Shown: positions 18,800 to 29,485 of the stretch, in pieces
Numbering within the stretch: position 1 is the first letter of the stretch
How the letters are laid out: every line of letters begins with the position of its first letter
Program-made: the position numbers and the translations under genes
Notes under the pieces: model-generated
What the model was told of the DNA's origin: nothing
Database searches by the model: none
The model's input: the letters and a program-made list of their open reading frames with translations, nothing else
Assembly: GCA_050951325.1 (NCBI GenBank)
Contig: JBMNIW010000007.1
Location: 1-64,000, forward strand
Source: Clostridia bacterium
GTDB taxonomy: Bacteria > Bacillota > Clostridia > UBA1212 > DUPL01
DNA: 64,000 nt
Reading direction: 5' to 3'

Positions 18800-21115
18800 A
18801 TGAACAACAAATTCAGAAAATTTCTGATCATTACATCGCTTGTTCTGATCCTTGGTTTGGTTTTTACAGCATGTACAAAACCAGGCGATGGAGATGACAA
18901 GAACAAAACCACTCCGTTGGTAGTCGGTTACACTCCATTTTCCGGTAAATTCAGCCCGTTCTTTGCAACGACTGGATACGACATGGATGCAGCCGAAATT
19001 ACACAGGTTTCACTCATGGAGACGGATAGAGTGGGCGGTATAATCATGAAGAGTATTGAAGGTGAGACCCATGAGTACAATGGTACCGAGTATACTTACA
19101 AAGGAATAAGTGACATTGATATTAGCATTGATGAAACTAACAACATTACAAAGTATACTATCAAGATTAAACAGGGTGTCAAGTTCAGCGATGGTCATGA
19201 ACTCGATGCGGACGACGTAATCTTCTGCTACTATGTTCTGGCAGATTCTTCATACACTGGAAGCTCAACACTCTATTCAGTGCCCATCATCGGCATGAAG
19301 AACTACAGAGCAAACAACAGCTTGATTGAGAGTGTTGACGTTGAGGCTGGAAAAGCACTTATTCCAGAAGATGAAGAACTCCAGCAGGCAGTTATCGATA
19401 AGGTTATAAAGCCTATATTGACTGATGAGCTTGAGTGGGTAAGATCCATTCCCGACGATGAAACTCTGATGGGATACTATGGCAAGTACGTTGAGGAGTA
19501 TCCAGAAACCAAAGACCTTTTCGCATTCTTCTACAGCATGGACGAAGAGTATGATTCATCAGACAAGGAAGAAGCTCAGGTTCTTGCGGACATCATTGCT
19601 CAGTATGGCTATGACTACGAAGCTCTTGGTTCCGCTTATGCAGGAGACACAAGCTACTTTGTAGGCGATGTTGAAAATGCAATTACTCCAATTCTGGTTG
19701 AGCGTCTTGGCGAGGAACCAGAAGAAGTGCCCAACATCACTGGTATAAAGAAGATTGACCAGTACACAATTGAAGTAACTACATACGGTTATGATGCTCC
19801 AGCAATCTATCAGATCGCAGGTATCAGCGTAGCTCCAATGCACTACTATGGTGACGAGGCTCAGTACGACTACGAGAACAACAAATTTGGTTTCCCAAGA
19901 GGAGATCTGAGCATCGTTGAGTCAAAGACTTCCAAGCCAATGGGTGCTGGACCATATGTATTTGAGAAATACGAAAACAATATTATATACTACACAGCTA
20001 ACAAGCATTACTGGAAAGGTGAGCCAAAGATTAAGAATCTGCAGTTCAAGGAAACTGAAGAGAAAGATAAGGTTACAGGTATCACCACTGGAACAATAGA
20101 TATTACTGATCCAAGCGGAAGCAAGGACAGATTGAACGAAATCAAGGGTTACAACTCAAATAATGAATTGTCAGGCAACGTTATTACAACAAGCCTTGTT
20201 GACAACCTTGGATACGGATATATTGGAATCAACGCATACAACGTAAAAGTTGGCGATGATCCAGCTTCAGAAGCAAGCAAGAACCTCAGAAAAGGTTTGG
20301 CTACAGTATTGGCTGCATACCGTGAATTGACAGTTGACTCATACTACGGCGAAGCTGCTTCAGTTATCAACTATCCAATTTCCAATACATCCTGGGCTGC
20401 TCCTCAGAAATCTGATGCGGACTATGAGGTTGCTTACTCCAAGGACGTAGATGGCGACCCAATCTACACATCCAGCATGAGTGCTGAAGACAGATATCAG
20501 GCTGCACTTGATGCATGCGTAGGCTTCCTGAAAGCAGCTGGATTCACATATGATGAATCTGCCAAGAAGTTTACAGCAGCTCCAGAAGGTGCAAAACTTG
20601 ATTACGAACTCATCATTCCTGCAGAGGGTGGCGACGAACATCCATCCTACCTGTTGGTTAACGAAGCTGCCACGGCACTTGAGAAGATAGGTATCTCTAT
20701 CACTATCAACAACCCAACCGACTCCAACGTTCTTTGGAACAAGCTCGATGCTATGCAGCAGGAGATCTGGGTAGCTGCCTGGGGCGCAACAATCGACCCT
20801 GACATGTATCAGGTTTATCACAGCTCCAACATAGTTGGAAAGGGCGGCACAAACAGTAACCACTATGCTATAGACAGTTCTGACCTTGACAATTATATTA
20901 TGAATGCTAGAAAGAGCCCTGATCAGGCTTACAGAAAGCTTATCTACAAGCAGGCTCTTGACCTGATTCTTGACTGGGGTGTTGAGATTCCAGTTTACCA
21001 GAGACAGAACTGCGTAATCTTTAGCTCAGAGCGTGTTGACATGAGCACTGTAACTCCAGACATTACAACCTTCTACGGTTGGATGCGTGAGATAGAGAAA
21101 ATCTCACTTAAGTAA
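18800..21115 (+). CDS. oppA: oligopeptide ABC transporter substrate-binding lipoprotein (family 5)
   Basis: Lipobox FTAC, VKFSDGHELDADDVIF, PMGAGPY; AGGAGG RBS. Confidence 0.9.
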   Translation: MNNKFRKFLIITSLVLILGLVFTACTKPGDGDDKNKTTPLVVGYTPFSGKFSPFFATTGYDMDAAEITQVSLMETDRVGGIIMKSIEGETHEYNGTEYTYKGISDIDISIDETNNITKYTIKIKQGVKFSDGHELDADDVIFCYYVLADSSYTGSSTLYSVPIIGMKNYRANNSLIESVDVEAGKALIPEDEELQQAVIDKVIKPILTDELEWVRSIPDDETLMGYYGKYVEEYPETKDLFAFFYSMDEEYDSSDKEEAQVLADIIAQYGYDYEALGSAYAGDTSYFVGDVENAITPILVERLGEEPEEVPNITGIKKIDQYTIEVTTYGYDAPAIYQIAGISVAPMHYYGDEAQYDYENNKFGFPRGDLSIVESKTSKPMGAGPYVFEKYENNIIYYTANKHYWKGEPKIKNLQFKETEEKDKVTGITTGTIDITDPSGSKDRLNEIKGYNSNNELSGNVITTSLVDNLGYGYIGINAYNVKVGDDPASEASKNLRKGLATVLAAYRELTVDSYYGEAASVINYPISNTSWAAPQKSDADYEVAYSKDVDGDPIYTSSMSAEDRYQAALDACVGFLKAAGFTYDESAKKFTAAPEGAKLDYELIIPAEGGDEHPSYLLVNEAATALEKIGISITINNPTDSNVLWNKLDAMQQEIWVAAWGATIDPDMYQVYHSSNIVGKGGTNSNHYAIDSSDLDNYIMNARKSPDQAYRKLIYKQALDLILDWGVEIPVYQRQNCVIFSSERVDMSTVTPDITTFYGWMREIEKISLK

Positions 21116-21127
21116 TATGGGACTAAA

Positions 21128-21176
21128 AGAGCCCGCTTAACCTTTGTGGATAGTGCCCACATTCAAGTGGGCTCTT
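21128..21176 (+). promoter_or_regulatory. intra-operon stem-loop after oppA
   Basis: agagcccgctt...aagtgggctct with inner tgtgg/ccaca stem. Confidence 0.6.
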
Positions 21177-21199
21177 ATTTTAATTTTAGAGGGATTGAT

Positions 21200-22186
21200 A
21201 TGTGGAAATTTATATTGAAAAGAGTACTGCTTAGTATATTCATACTGTTATTCGTTACACTGATCATATACACAATAATGCGATTTATACCTACATCCTA
21301 CGTAGATGCAATGGCGAGAGAAATGTCTATGAAACCAGGTGCGCTTAGTTTTCAAGATCTACGGAAACAGCTAAACTCCGTATATGGACTTGACGACCCT
21401 ATATTGATTGGGTATTTCAAATGGCTTTCAAATGCCGTACGTGGCAACTTTGGTGATACCTGGTACTATACCGGAACTGTTACTAAAAAGTTTGCGGATG
21501 TTATCTGGAACTCATTTTTCCTGGGTGCTGTAGCATTCTTCTTCCAGATAATTATAGCTATACCTTTGGGCATTCTTTCAGCAAGAAAACAATACAGTAA
21601 AACCGACTATGCAGTTACTGTAGTAGCGTTGATAGGAATATCCTTACCTACTTTCTTCTTTGCTACCCTGCTAAAACTTGTGCTCTCAGTAAAACTGGGT
21701 TGGCTTGATTTGTACGGCAGCGTAGGAAAGTTTCATAACCAGCTAAGTACCTGGGGTAAATTCATGGATATAATTTCACACAACTTGATGCCCATAATGA
21801 CCCTCGTTATTGTCAACATAGGTAGTCTTATGAGGTATACCAGGACAAACATGCTGGAAGTGCTCAATGCTGACTATATACGTACTGCACGGGCAAAGGG
21901 CCTGTCTGAATCGAAAGTTATTAACAAACATGCTTTTAGAAATACATTGATACCAATTGTTACCATTCTGGGTGGCACAATACCCGGTCTGTTTTCAGGA
22001 GCAATGATTACTGAAACATTGTTCAAGATAGAAGGTATTGGTAGGATATCGTATGATGCCATGGTACACGGGGATATTCCATTTACAATGTTTTATCTCT
22101 CATTTCTTGCGATGCTAACGCTACTCGGTACCTTGATTGCAGATATTATGTACGCAATAGTCGACCCACGAGTCAGAATAAGTTAA
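21200..22186 (+). CDS. oppB: oligopeptide ABC permease
   Basis: DYIRTARAKGL, HAFRN, DPRVR. Confidence 0.92.
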   Translation: MWKFILKRVLLSIFILLFVTLIIYTIMRFIPTSYVDAMAREMSMKPGALSFQDLRKQLNSVYGLDDPILIGYFKWLSNAVRGNFGDTWYYTGTVTKKFADVIWNSFFLGAVAFFFQIIIAIPLGILSARKQYSKTDYAVTVVALIGISLPTFFFATLLKLVLSVKLGWLDLYGSVGKFHNQLSTWGKFMDIISHNLMPIMTLVIVNIGSLMRYTRTNMLEVLNADYIRTARAKGLSESKVINKHAFRNTLIPIVTILGGTIPGLFSGAMITETLFKIEGIGRISYDAMVHGDIPFTMFYLSFLAMLTLLGTLIADIMYAIVDPRVRIS

Positions 22187-22212
22187 TTTTATACATGATA
22201 TAGGAGGGAACC

Positions 22213-24027
22213 ATGGCCAATAATGACTATGAAAACAAACCGTTAAACACGGAAGATATAGATGAAAAAAGAATAGCAAGAGAGGATTTCGTAAGCGAAG
22301 ACAGATCTGACGCTCTAGATGACGAAGCACGTATCAAGGTACTCTCCCCCACCATGCTCGTCATGAAGAGGTTCTTCAGAAACAAGCTTGCAATTGCAGG
22401 TCTCATAATCATCGCTTCGATGTTCCTGTTTTCATTTGTGGGCGGATTAATAAGCCCATATGGGGAGAAACAGACTTTTTTCAAGGAAGAAGAAATGATG
22501 AAGGACTATGCAAGCGGATCCTTCAACAGAGAATACAAGTTTGATTTCAAAACTGAAATGGACTTTTCAACGGATGCAAGAGCAAAATTCGTTTTGGCTT
22601 TGAACCAAGGCAATACTACCTTTGAAAATGGAGATGAATCATACTTCATCGAAAGTGTAAGTGACAAGTATCATAGAATATCAAAACTTGCTCCAGTTGC
22701 TGAAAATGTTTTACGAATAGGCGATGATTTGATCTATTCGCCTGTCAACGATTATGAATTTACCGAGGAGCTGGAGAATGCAATTATTGACACCATGAAG
22801 CAACATAAAAACCACTTTGCTTTCGATGGCAGAACATATGTAATAAGTTCTCAGGGAAGAATGTCAGCTATATCGGTTGCAGATGATGTTGCTATTGCAT
22901 CCATGATGGTGTACGATGCATACGATAAAGACACCAGCTTTAACTATGAGTTTAAAAAGAATGCAGAGACTGCTTTTAATACGGAAGAGGCGGACACGTT
23001 TACAGCAAATGGTGTCACCTATAGATTTGAGAAAATAGCAGACAGTAAAAATATAGAATATATAATCTACAAGGTTGACGATGGAGGCGAAAAGGAGTAC
23101 GCCCTGGCTTCCAATTTTATAGTAACGCCTAGCATGCAGGATATGTTTCTTGATATTGAGTTTAAGAAAGCATTGAAGGAAGCGGCACTTGCTAAAGATA
23201 AGACCTTTACTGCAAAAAATGAACAAGGCGAAGATACCGAATTTACAATATACCCCAAGGACAATGAATACCAGGTTAAAAATATGCAGATAACAAAAGT
23301 ATTGAAGTCCTACGAGAGGCCATCAATGAAGCACTGGCTTGGAACTGACAGAAACGGAATGGACTTGCTGACAAGACTTATGTACGGTGGTAGGGTATCG
23401 CTGATAATTGGTTTCATTGTTATAACAATAGAAATAATAATAGGAGTTATACTAGGTGGTGTGGCTGGATATTTTTCTGGCTGGATAGACAACCTGATCA
23501 TGCGTATTGTTGACATATTCAACTGCATACCATCTTTACCATTGATAATCATTATCGGTTCCGTTATGGACCAGCGGAAAGTACCTAACGATGAGCGTAT
23601 CATGTGGCTTATGGTCATCATGGGTATTTTGGGATGGCCTGGTATTGCAAGAATGGTTAGAGGTCAGATTCTTTCATTGAGGGAACAGGAATTCATGATT
23701 GCTGCTGAGGCTACCGGACTTACGCCAACAAGAAGAATTTTCAAACATCTTGTACCAAACGTAATTCCACAGCTGATTGTTCTGGCAACCATGGGACTTG
23801 GTGGAATCATTCTGACAGAATCCACATTGAGCTTCCTGGGTATAGGAGTCAAGTTCCCATACGCTTCTTGGGGCAACATAATCAACGACGTTTCTGAAAT
23901 CCACGTCCTTAAAAACTACTGGTTTGTATGGATACCTGCCGGTTTCCTGATACTGATTACAGTTATGGGATTCAACTTTATAGGTGACGGTCTAAGAGAT
24001 GCATTTGACCCCAAAATGAAGAGATAG
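22213..24027 (+). CDS. oppC: oligopeptide ABC permease with large extracytoplasmic insertion
   Basis: RFFRNKLA, HWLGTDRNG, REQEFMIAA, GDGLRDAFDP. Confidence 0.9.
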   Translation: MANNDYENKPLNTEDIDEKRIAREDFVSEDRSDALDDEARIKVLSPTMLVMKRFFRNKLAIAGLIIIASMFLFSFVGGLISPYGEKQTFFKEEEMMKDYASGSFNREYKFDFKTEMDFSTDARAKFVLALNQGNTTFENGDESYFIESVSDKYHRISKLAPVAENVLRIGDDLIYSPVNDYEFTEELENAIIDTMKQHKNHFAFDGRTYVISSQGRMSAISVADDVAIASMMVYDAYDKDTSFNYEFKKNAETAFNTEEADTFTANGVTYRFEKIADSKNIEYIIYKVDDGGEKEYALASNFIVTPSMQDMFLDIEFKKALKEAALAKDKTFTAKNEQGEDTEFTIYPKDNEYQVKNMQITKVLKSYERPSMKHWLGTDRNGMDLLTRLMYGGRVSLIIGFIVITIEIIIGVILGGVAGYFSGWIDNLIMRIVDIFNCIPSLPLIIIIGSVMDQRKVPNDERIMWLMVIMGILGWPGIARMVRGQILSLREQEFMIAAEATGLTPTRRIFKHLVPNVIPQLIVLATMGLGGIILTESTLSFLGIGVKFPYASWGNIINDVSEIHVLKNYWFVWIPAGFLILITVMGFNFIGDGLRDAFDPKMKR

Positions 24028-24037
24028 GTGATAATTA

Positions 24038-25204
24038 ATGGCATTATTCAATAAAAATAATAATAACAAGAAAAAAGCAAATTACATTTCAATAAAGGAA
24101 TCCAGGAAGATTTCTAGAGAGAACTTCAAAAAGACACAAGAACTTGAAAGAATGCGCTCTCTGATGACCAGGGATGACTATATTACTGAAATGAAGGATA
24201 AAAACAATGTATTGGAGATAGACAATCTCCATACATACTTCTTTACAGACATTGGTGTCGTGAAGGCAGTAAACGGAGTTTCGTTCAGCATCCCCAAGGG
24301 AAAAACCGTGGGTGTTGTTGGAGAGTCCGGTTGCGGCAAGTCAGTTACCAGCTTGTCTGTTCTGCAGCTTGTTCAGAGACCACAGGGGCAAATTGTTGAT
24401 GGAGCGATCCGCTTCAATGACGAGGATATAGCGTATGATATTGCTAAAATGCCCGTTGATGAAATGCAGAAAATAAGGGGCAATAAGATATCAATGATAT
24501 TCCAGGAGCCCATGACAAGCCTTAATCCTGTCTTTAGAATAGGAGCTCAGATAAATGAGGTAATTGAACTGCACAACCCAGAGCTTGATCAAGAAAAAGT
24601 AACGGCAAGAACAATTGAGCTTTTGGACTTGGTTGGTATTGCAAACAGCGGAGGAGTATACAAAATGTATCCTCACGAATTGTCCGGCGGAATGAGGCAA
24701 AGAGTTATGATAGCCATGGCGCTGGCATGCAATCCAAAGCTTATCATTGCCGACGAGCCTACAACCGCTCTTGACGTTACAATTCAGGCACAGATACTTG
24801 ATTTGTTGAAAAACCTTAAGGACAAGATAAACAGCAGTATTATGCTGATTACCCACGACCTGGGTGTTATAGCAGAGATGGCTGATTACGTGGTAGTAAT
24901 GTATGCGGGCAAGGTCGTTGAACAAGGACTTGCATCGGAAGTATTTTCGAATCCTTCCCACCCTTATACAATAGGGCTTATGAACAGCAAGCCTTCCATC
25001 AACAAGAAAGTTAACAGGTTATACAGCATCCCTGGAAAGGTGCCCAATCCAATCAACATGCCAAACTACTGTTTCTTTAGAGACAGATGCGACAGGGCCT
25101 TTGAAAAGTGTGCTGGGCCGTATCCAGATACCTACAGCCTGACGGATTCTCACAGTGTTGCATGCTATCACTATGAAAAGGAGGAAAGAGATGACAACAA
25201 ATAA
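24038..25204 (+). CDS. oppD: oligopeptide ABC ATPase
   Basis: GESGCGKS, LSGGMRQR, DEPTTALDV, HPYT. Confidence 0.93.
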   Translation: MALFNKNNNNKKKANYISIKESRKISRENFKKTQELERMRSLMTRDDYITEMKDKNNVLEIDNLHTYFFTDIGVVKAVNGVSFSIPKGKTVGVVGESGCGKSVTSLSVLQLVQRPQGQIVDGAIRFNDEDIAYDIAKMPVDEMQKIRGNKISMIFQEPMTSLNPVFRIGAQINEVIELHNPELDQEKVTARTIELLDLVGIANSGGVYKMYPHELSGGMRQRVMIAMALACNPKLIIADEPTTALDVTIQAQILDLLKNLKDKINSSIMLITHDLGVIAEMADYVVVMYAGKVVEQGLASEVFSNPSHPYTIGLMNSKPSINKKVNRLYSIPGKVPNPINMPNYCFFRDRCDRAFEKCAGPYPDTYSLTDSHSVACYHYEKEERDDNK

Positions 25205-26243
25205 CGATGTAAAAGACAAGAATGTCGAAGAACAGCCAATAATAGAAGTTAAAGATTTAAAGAAATACTTTCCAATAAAGTCAGGTGTAATACAGCGCAC
25301 GGTAGGACATGTTAAAGCTGTGGATGGAATTAGTTTCAGCATAAATAAAGGTTCCACAATGGGTCTTGTCGGTGAGTCAGGATGCGGCAAGTCCACAGCA
25401 GGAAGAACCATTCTGAGGCTTCTTGAAAAGACTTCAGGCAATGTATACTTTAAGGGAGAAGATGTCTTTGCAGTCAACAAGAAAAGGCTGAGAGAGTTAA
25501 GACCAAAGATGCAGATAATCTTCCAGGACCCCTACTCTTCCCTCTCACCAAGACTTCCTGTAGGAGAAATCATAGGGGAAGCAGTAAGGCAGCACAAGAT
25601 AGTATCGGATGCGGAATACAACGACTATATTGATGATATCATGAACAACTGTGGACTTATGCCTTACCACAAAGACAGATATCCGCACGAGTTTTCAGGT
25701 GGACAAAGACAGAGAATATGCATTGCAAGAGCATTGGCTCTGAATCCTGAGTTTATTGTGTGTGACGAGCCGGTATCCGCTCTGGATGTGTCGATTCAAG
25801 CACAGATTATAAATCTCTTAATGGATTTGCAGGAGAAGTACAACCTTACTTACCTGTTCATATCTCATGACCTGTCCGTGGTTGAGCACATATCCGATAC
25901 CGTTGCAGTCATGTACCTGGGTAATATTGTTGAGTACGGCAAGAAAGAAGACATCTTCAGTAATCCTCTTCACCCATATACGGAAGCTCTGTTTAGTGCT
26001 ATTCCTGTACCAGATCCAAACTATAAGATGAAGAGAATAGTTCTTTCAGGAGCGCTTCCATCACCAGCAAATCCTCCTTCAGGATGCAAGTTCCACACAA
26101 GGTGTCCAAAGAAAATGGAGATTTGCTCAAAAGTTGCTCCAACGCCAATAGAGATGGAAAAAGACCACTATGTTGTCTGCCATCTGTACAACAAGGAGAC
26201 GGAAAATGAACCGGAAGTCAAAGAAGAAGAAAACGTACAATGA
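25191..26243 (+). CDS. oppF: oligopeptide ABC ATPase
   Basis: GESGCGKST, FSGGQRQR, DEPVSALDV, SGCKFHTRCP. Confidence 0.93.
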   Translation: MTTNNDVKDKNVEEQPIIEVKDLKKYFPIKSGVIQRTVGHVKAVDGISFSINKGSTMGLVGESGCGKSTAGRTILRLLEKTSGNVYFKGEDVFAVNKKRLRELRPKMQIIFQDPYSSLSPRLPVGEIIGEAVRQHKIVSDAEYNDYIDDIMNNCGLMPYHKDRYPHEFSGGQRQRICIARALALNPEFIVCDEPVSALDVSIQAQIINLLMDLQEKYNLTYLFISHDLSVVEHISDTVAVMYLGNIVEYGKKEDIFSNPLHPYTEALFSAIPVPDPNYKMKRIVLSGALPSPANPPSGCKFHTRCPKKMEICSKVAPTPIEMEKDHYVVCHLYNKETENEPEVKEEENVQ

Positions 26244-26508
26244 TGATGACGGCAGAGTTATAGCCAACATGGATTTCGAATATGAACCGGGCCTTAAATG
26301 GTTTGCTCCACTAAAGAGAGAAAGACCAAAAGCGGAAAAAGAATCTGAAAAGAAGAATGAAGTGGATATGAATCCACAGCCTCCTCTTTCTAGGAAAGAA
26401 ACGTTTATCATAATGAGGTCCGCCCTACTTGCAGGGCTCGTAATCGGAACCGTTTTCATCTTAATATATTTTTTAGTCATTCTGTTTTTTTACCTTCTTT
26501 GGAGTTGA
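26206..26508 (+). CDS. small C-terminally anchored membrane protein
   Basis: AGGAG RBS, DDDGRVIANM motif, long hydrophobic C-terminus. Confidence 0.7.
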   Translation: MNRKSKKKKTYNDDDGRVIANMDFEYEPGLKWFAPLKRERPKAEKESEKKNEVDMNPQPPLSRKETFIIMRSALLAGLVIGTVFILIYFLVILFFYLLWS

Positions 26509-26509
26509 C

Positions 26510-26548
26510 AAAAAACCACCACCTGCGAAAGCAGATGGTGGTTTTTTT
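26510..26548 (+). terminator. rho-independent terminator of the opp operon
   Basis: aaaaaaccaccacctgc-gaaa-gcagatggtggttttttt. Confidence 0.9.
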
Positions 26549-26604
26549 ATGTATAATTTCATCCATAGAAGATAAACTAACAAAAACATGAAAGGATGAC
26601 TATT

Positions 26605-26760
26605 ATGTTTGAAGACAAAATACCAAGCAGACCAATGAAACCTGAAATATATCCTCCAGATCCTTTAAAGCGACCAATAATACCAGACAAACCAAAGGAA
26701 AACGAACCAGATACAATACCAAATGCGGAGCCAATAGTTAATCAATTAGGCGAACATTAA
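26605..26760 (+). CDS. 51-aa Pro-rich small protein, not in the ORF track
   Basis: MFEDKIPSRPMKPEIYPPDPLKRPIIPDKPKENEPDTIPNAEPIVNQLGEH*; GAAAGGA RBS; GTATA-N15-GATAAACTA (SigF/G-like) at 26551-26579. Confidence 0.6.
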   Translation: MFEDKIPSRPMKPEIYPPDPLKRPIIPDKPKENEPDTIPNAEPIVNQLGEH

Positions 26761-27555
26761 TAAACTTAAAGCCATTACAGCCATTCCTGCAATCAGCCCG
26801 TAAATTGAAATATGGTGGTGACCATATTTCTCGGCCGTAGGCATTAACTCATCAAGAGAAATATATACCATAATGCCTGCAACTGAAGCAAATATAATTC
26901 CGAATAACGATGGAGAGATAAACCTCCTAAGAAGTATGAATCCTACAATTGCTCCCAAGGGCTCTGACAGACCGGACAAAAAGGAATACATGAAAGCCTT
27001 CTTTCTATTTCCTGTGGCATAGTATACAGGGATGGATACTGCTATTCCCTCCGGAATATTGTGTATTGCAACTGCTACGGCAATACTGATACCTAGTTTC
27101 GGATCCTGTATTGCACTCATGAATGTTGCAATACCCTCAGGAAAGTTGTGTATTGCAATGGCAAGTGCTGAAAAAAGACCCATTCTAAGAAGTGAATCAT
27201 TATCAACTTTCTTATCCATTTCATTCACATCCCTCATTTCATGAGGGTTTTCTTTTTGTGGAACAAGTTTGTCTATTAACGCAATTAATGCTATGCCCGC
27301 AAAAAAGGATATCACACAAACCCAATAGCCCTTTTTAGCTCCAAGTTCTTCAATAAGGGAGCTTTTTGCCTCTGCAAAAATCTCAACCAAGGACACATAA
27401 ATCATAACACCTGCAGAAAAACCCAATGTAGCGGCAAGAAACTTCTCATTTGTCCTCTTTGTGTAGAATGCAAGCAAGCTTCCAATTCCTGTTGCAAGAC
27501 CTGCCAATAAAGTTATTCCAAAGGCTATTATAGTGTTAGAAAACCCCAAGTCCAT
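26746..27555 (-). CDS. zupT: ZIP-family zinc transporter
   Basis: GFSAGVMIYVS, ENPHE, HNFPEG, HNIPEG. Confidence 0.93.
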   Translation of the reverse strand: MDLGFSNTIIAFGITLLAGLATGIGSLLAFYTKRTNEKFLAATLGFSAGVMIYVSLVEIFAEAKSSLIEELGAKKGYWVCVISFFAGIALIALIDKLVPQKENPHEMRDVNEMDKKVDNDSLLRMGLFSALAIAIHNFPEGIATFMSAIQDPKLGISIAVAVAIHNIPEGIAVSIPVYYATGNRKKAFMYSFLSGLSEPLGAIVGFILLRRFISPSLFGIIFASVAGIMVYISLDELMPTAEKYGHHHISIYGLIAGMAVMALSLLMFA

Positions 27556-27746
27556 ACCGTCACTCCTTGTTCATTGTACTTGCATACGTATATTATACCA
27601 GAACGGGAGATAATTCAAAATAGACTATGAGATTTGTTTAGTATGTTATTGAGGATGGGAGAGTTCTTGCTGATTTTCAGTTAAAACCGCTATAAACAAA
27701 AAAGCAGCAGGACAACAATCCCACTGCTCCATCTATATAAACCATC

Positions 27747-29396
27747 TTAGCCTGCCTTTACAAGATTCTCAATATCCTCCTCCACGGTTCCTATTCCTGA
27801 TATACCAAAGTTCTCAACCAGAACTTTAGCAACATTCGGTGATAGGAATGCAGGAAGTGTTGGACCAAGATGGATGTTTTTAACTCCAAGGTATAATAGT
27901 GCCAGAAGTACAATGACTGCTTTCTGCTCATACCATGCTATGTTATACACTATTGGGAGCTGGTTTACGTCTTCAAGTTCAAACACTTCTTTAAGTTTGA
28001 GAGCTATGAGGGCAAGGGAGTAAGAGTCGTTGCACTGTCCTGCATCAAGAACTCTTGGAATGCCGCCAATATCGCCCAAATCCAGCTTGTTGTATCTATA
28101 TTTTGCACAACCTGCTGTAAGGATTACTGTATCCTTTGGAAGAGCCTGTGCAAATTCAGTGTAATAGCTTCTTGATTTCTGTCTTCCATCACAACCAGCC
28201 ATGACAATGAACTTTTTGATTGCGCCGCTCTTTACAGCTTCCACAACCTTGTCAGCAAGAGCCATTACCTGGTCATATGCAAATCCACCGATAATTTCAC
28301 CTTGTTCTATCTGTGTTGGAGCAGAAAGTCTTTTCGCATGCTCTATAATTGCACTGAAGTCCTTGTGGCCATTCTCATCCGGCTCAATATGTGTGCATCC
28401 TGGGAATCCTGTAGCTCCGGTTGTATACACCCTGTCCTTGTAGCTTTCCTTTGGTGGAACAAGGCAGTTTGTAGTCATAAGGATTGGTCCATTAAAGGAC
28501 TCAAATTCTTCTTTCTGCTTCCACCATGCACTTCCGTAGTTGCCTGCCAGATGCTTGAACTTCTTAAGCTTAGGATAGTAGTGGGCAGGTAGCATCTCTG
28601 AGTGAGTATATACGTCTACACCTGTTCCTTCGGTCTGCTCAAGCAACATCTCAAGATCCCTAAGGTCATGACCGGACACAAGTATAGCTGGATTGTTTCT
28701 TGTTCCAATGTTGACCTTGGTCATTTCGGGTTTTCCGTAGGTGCTTGTATTAGCATCATTCAATAGAGCCATGGTTGATACGCCATATTTACCCGTCTCA
28801 AGAGCCAGAGCAACCAGCTCTTCAACCCCTATTGCAGGGTCAAGTAGTTTGGCCAGCGTCTCCTGGGCAAATGCATCTATTTCCTCATTTGAGTAACCAA
28901 GAACGTTTGCATGCTTGTTGTAGGCTGCAAGGCCTTTGAGGCCGTATGTAATGAGTTCTTTAAGACTGCGTATGTCTTCATTCTCTATTGATAGAATACC
29001 TACAACTCTAGCTTTCTTTTCCATATCTTCGACATTTCTCTTGTCCCACAAAGCAGCTTCCGGCAGCTTTGACAAATCTTTCAGCTGACCCAGAAGATTC
29101 TTCTTTAAATCAAGGGTTTTGTATATTCTGTCAATAATTGCTTCTTCATCAAAATTCGCATTGGTTATTGTAACAAAAAGGTTTGTTGATACAAATCGGC
29201 CAACTTCTTTAGAAACCTCTTTACCTTCCTTTCTCAATGCAGTTGCAACATAGGACAATCCTTTTGTTACATAAATGAGCAAGTCCTGCATATTGGATAC
29301 TTCCGGCTTCTTTCCACATACACCTGCCTTTGTACATCCAACACAATTTAAAGCTTCCTGGCACTGAAAACAAAACATTTTTGCATTCTCCATCAT
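27747..29396 (-). CDS. hcp: hybrid cluster protein (hydroxylamine reductase)
   Basis: [10 protein letters not shown]...[31 protein letters not shown]. Confidence 0.97.
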   Translation of the reverse strand: MMENAKMFCFQCQEALNCVGCTKAGVCGKKPEVSNMQDLLIYVTKGLSYVATALRKEGKEVSKEVGRFVSTNLFVTITNANFDEEAIIDRIYKTLDLKKNLLGQLKDLSKLPEAALWDKRNVEDMEKKARVVGILSIENEDIRSLKELITYGLKGLAAYNKHANVLGYSNEEIDAFAQETLAKLLDPAIGVEELVALALETGKYGVSTMALLNDANTSTYGKPEMTKVNIGTRNNPAILVSGHDLRDLEMLLEQTEGTGVDVYTHSEMLPAHYYPKLKKFKHLAGNYGSAWWKQKEEFESFNGPILMTTNCLVPPKESYKDRVYTTGATGFPGCTHIEPDENGHKDFSAIIEHAKRLSAPTQIEQGEIIGGFAYDQVMALADKVVEAVKSGAIKKFIVMAGCDGRQKSRSYYTEFAQALPKDTVILTAGCAKYRYNKLDLGDIGGIPRVLDAGQCNDSYSLALIALKLKEVFELEDVNQLPIVYNIAWYEQKAVIVLLALLYLGVKNIHLGPTLPAFLSPNVAKVLVENFGISGIGTVEEDIENLVKAG

Positions 29397-29469
29397 ATTA
29401 CCTCCTAAATTAAATGTTTATGTAATTTATCCTGACAGAGAAATAGTACCATATTGAAACCTGCATTTC

Positions 29470-29485
29470 TGTAACATATGTTACA
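29470..29485. promoter_or_regulatory. perfect palindrome, probable HcpR (Crp/Fnr) operator
   Basis: TGTAACATATGTTACA upstream of hcp, overlapping the regulator stop codon. Confidence 0.75.
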
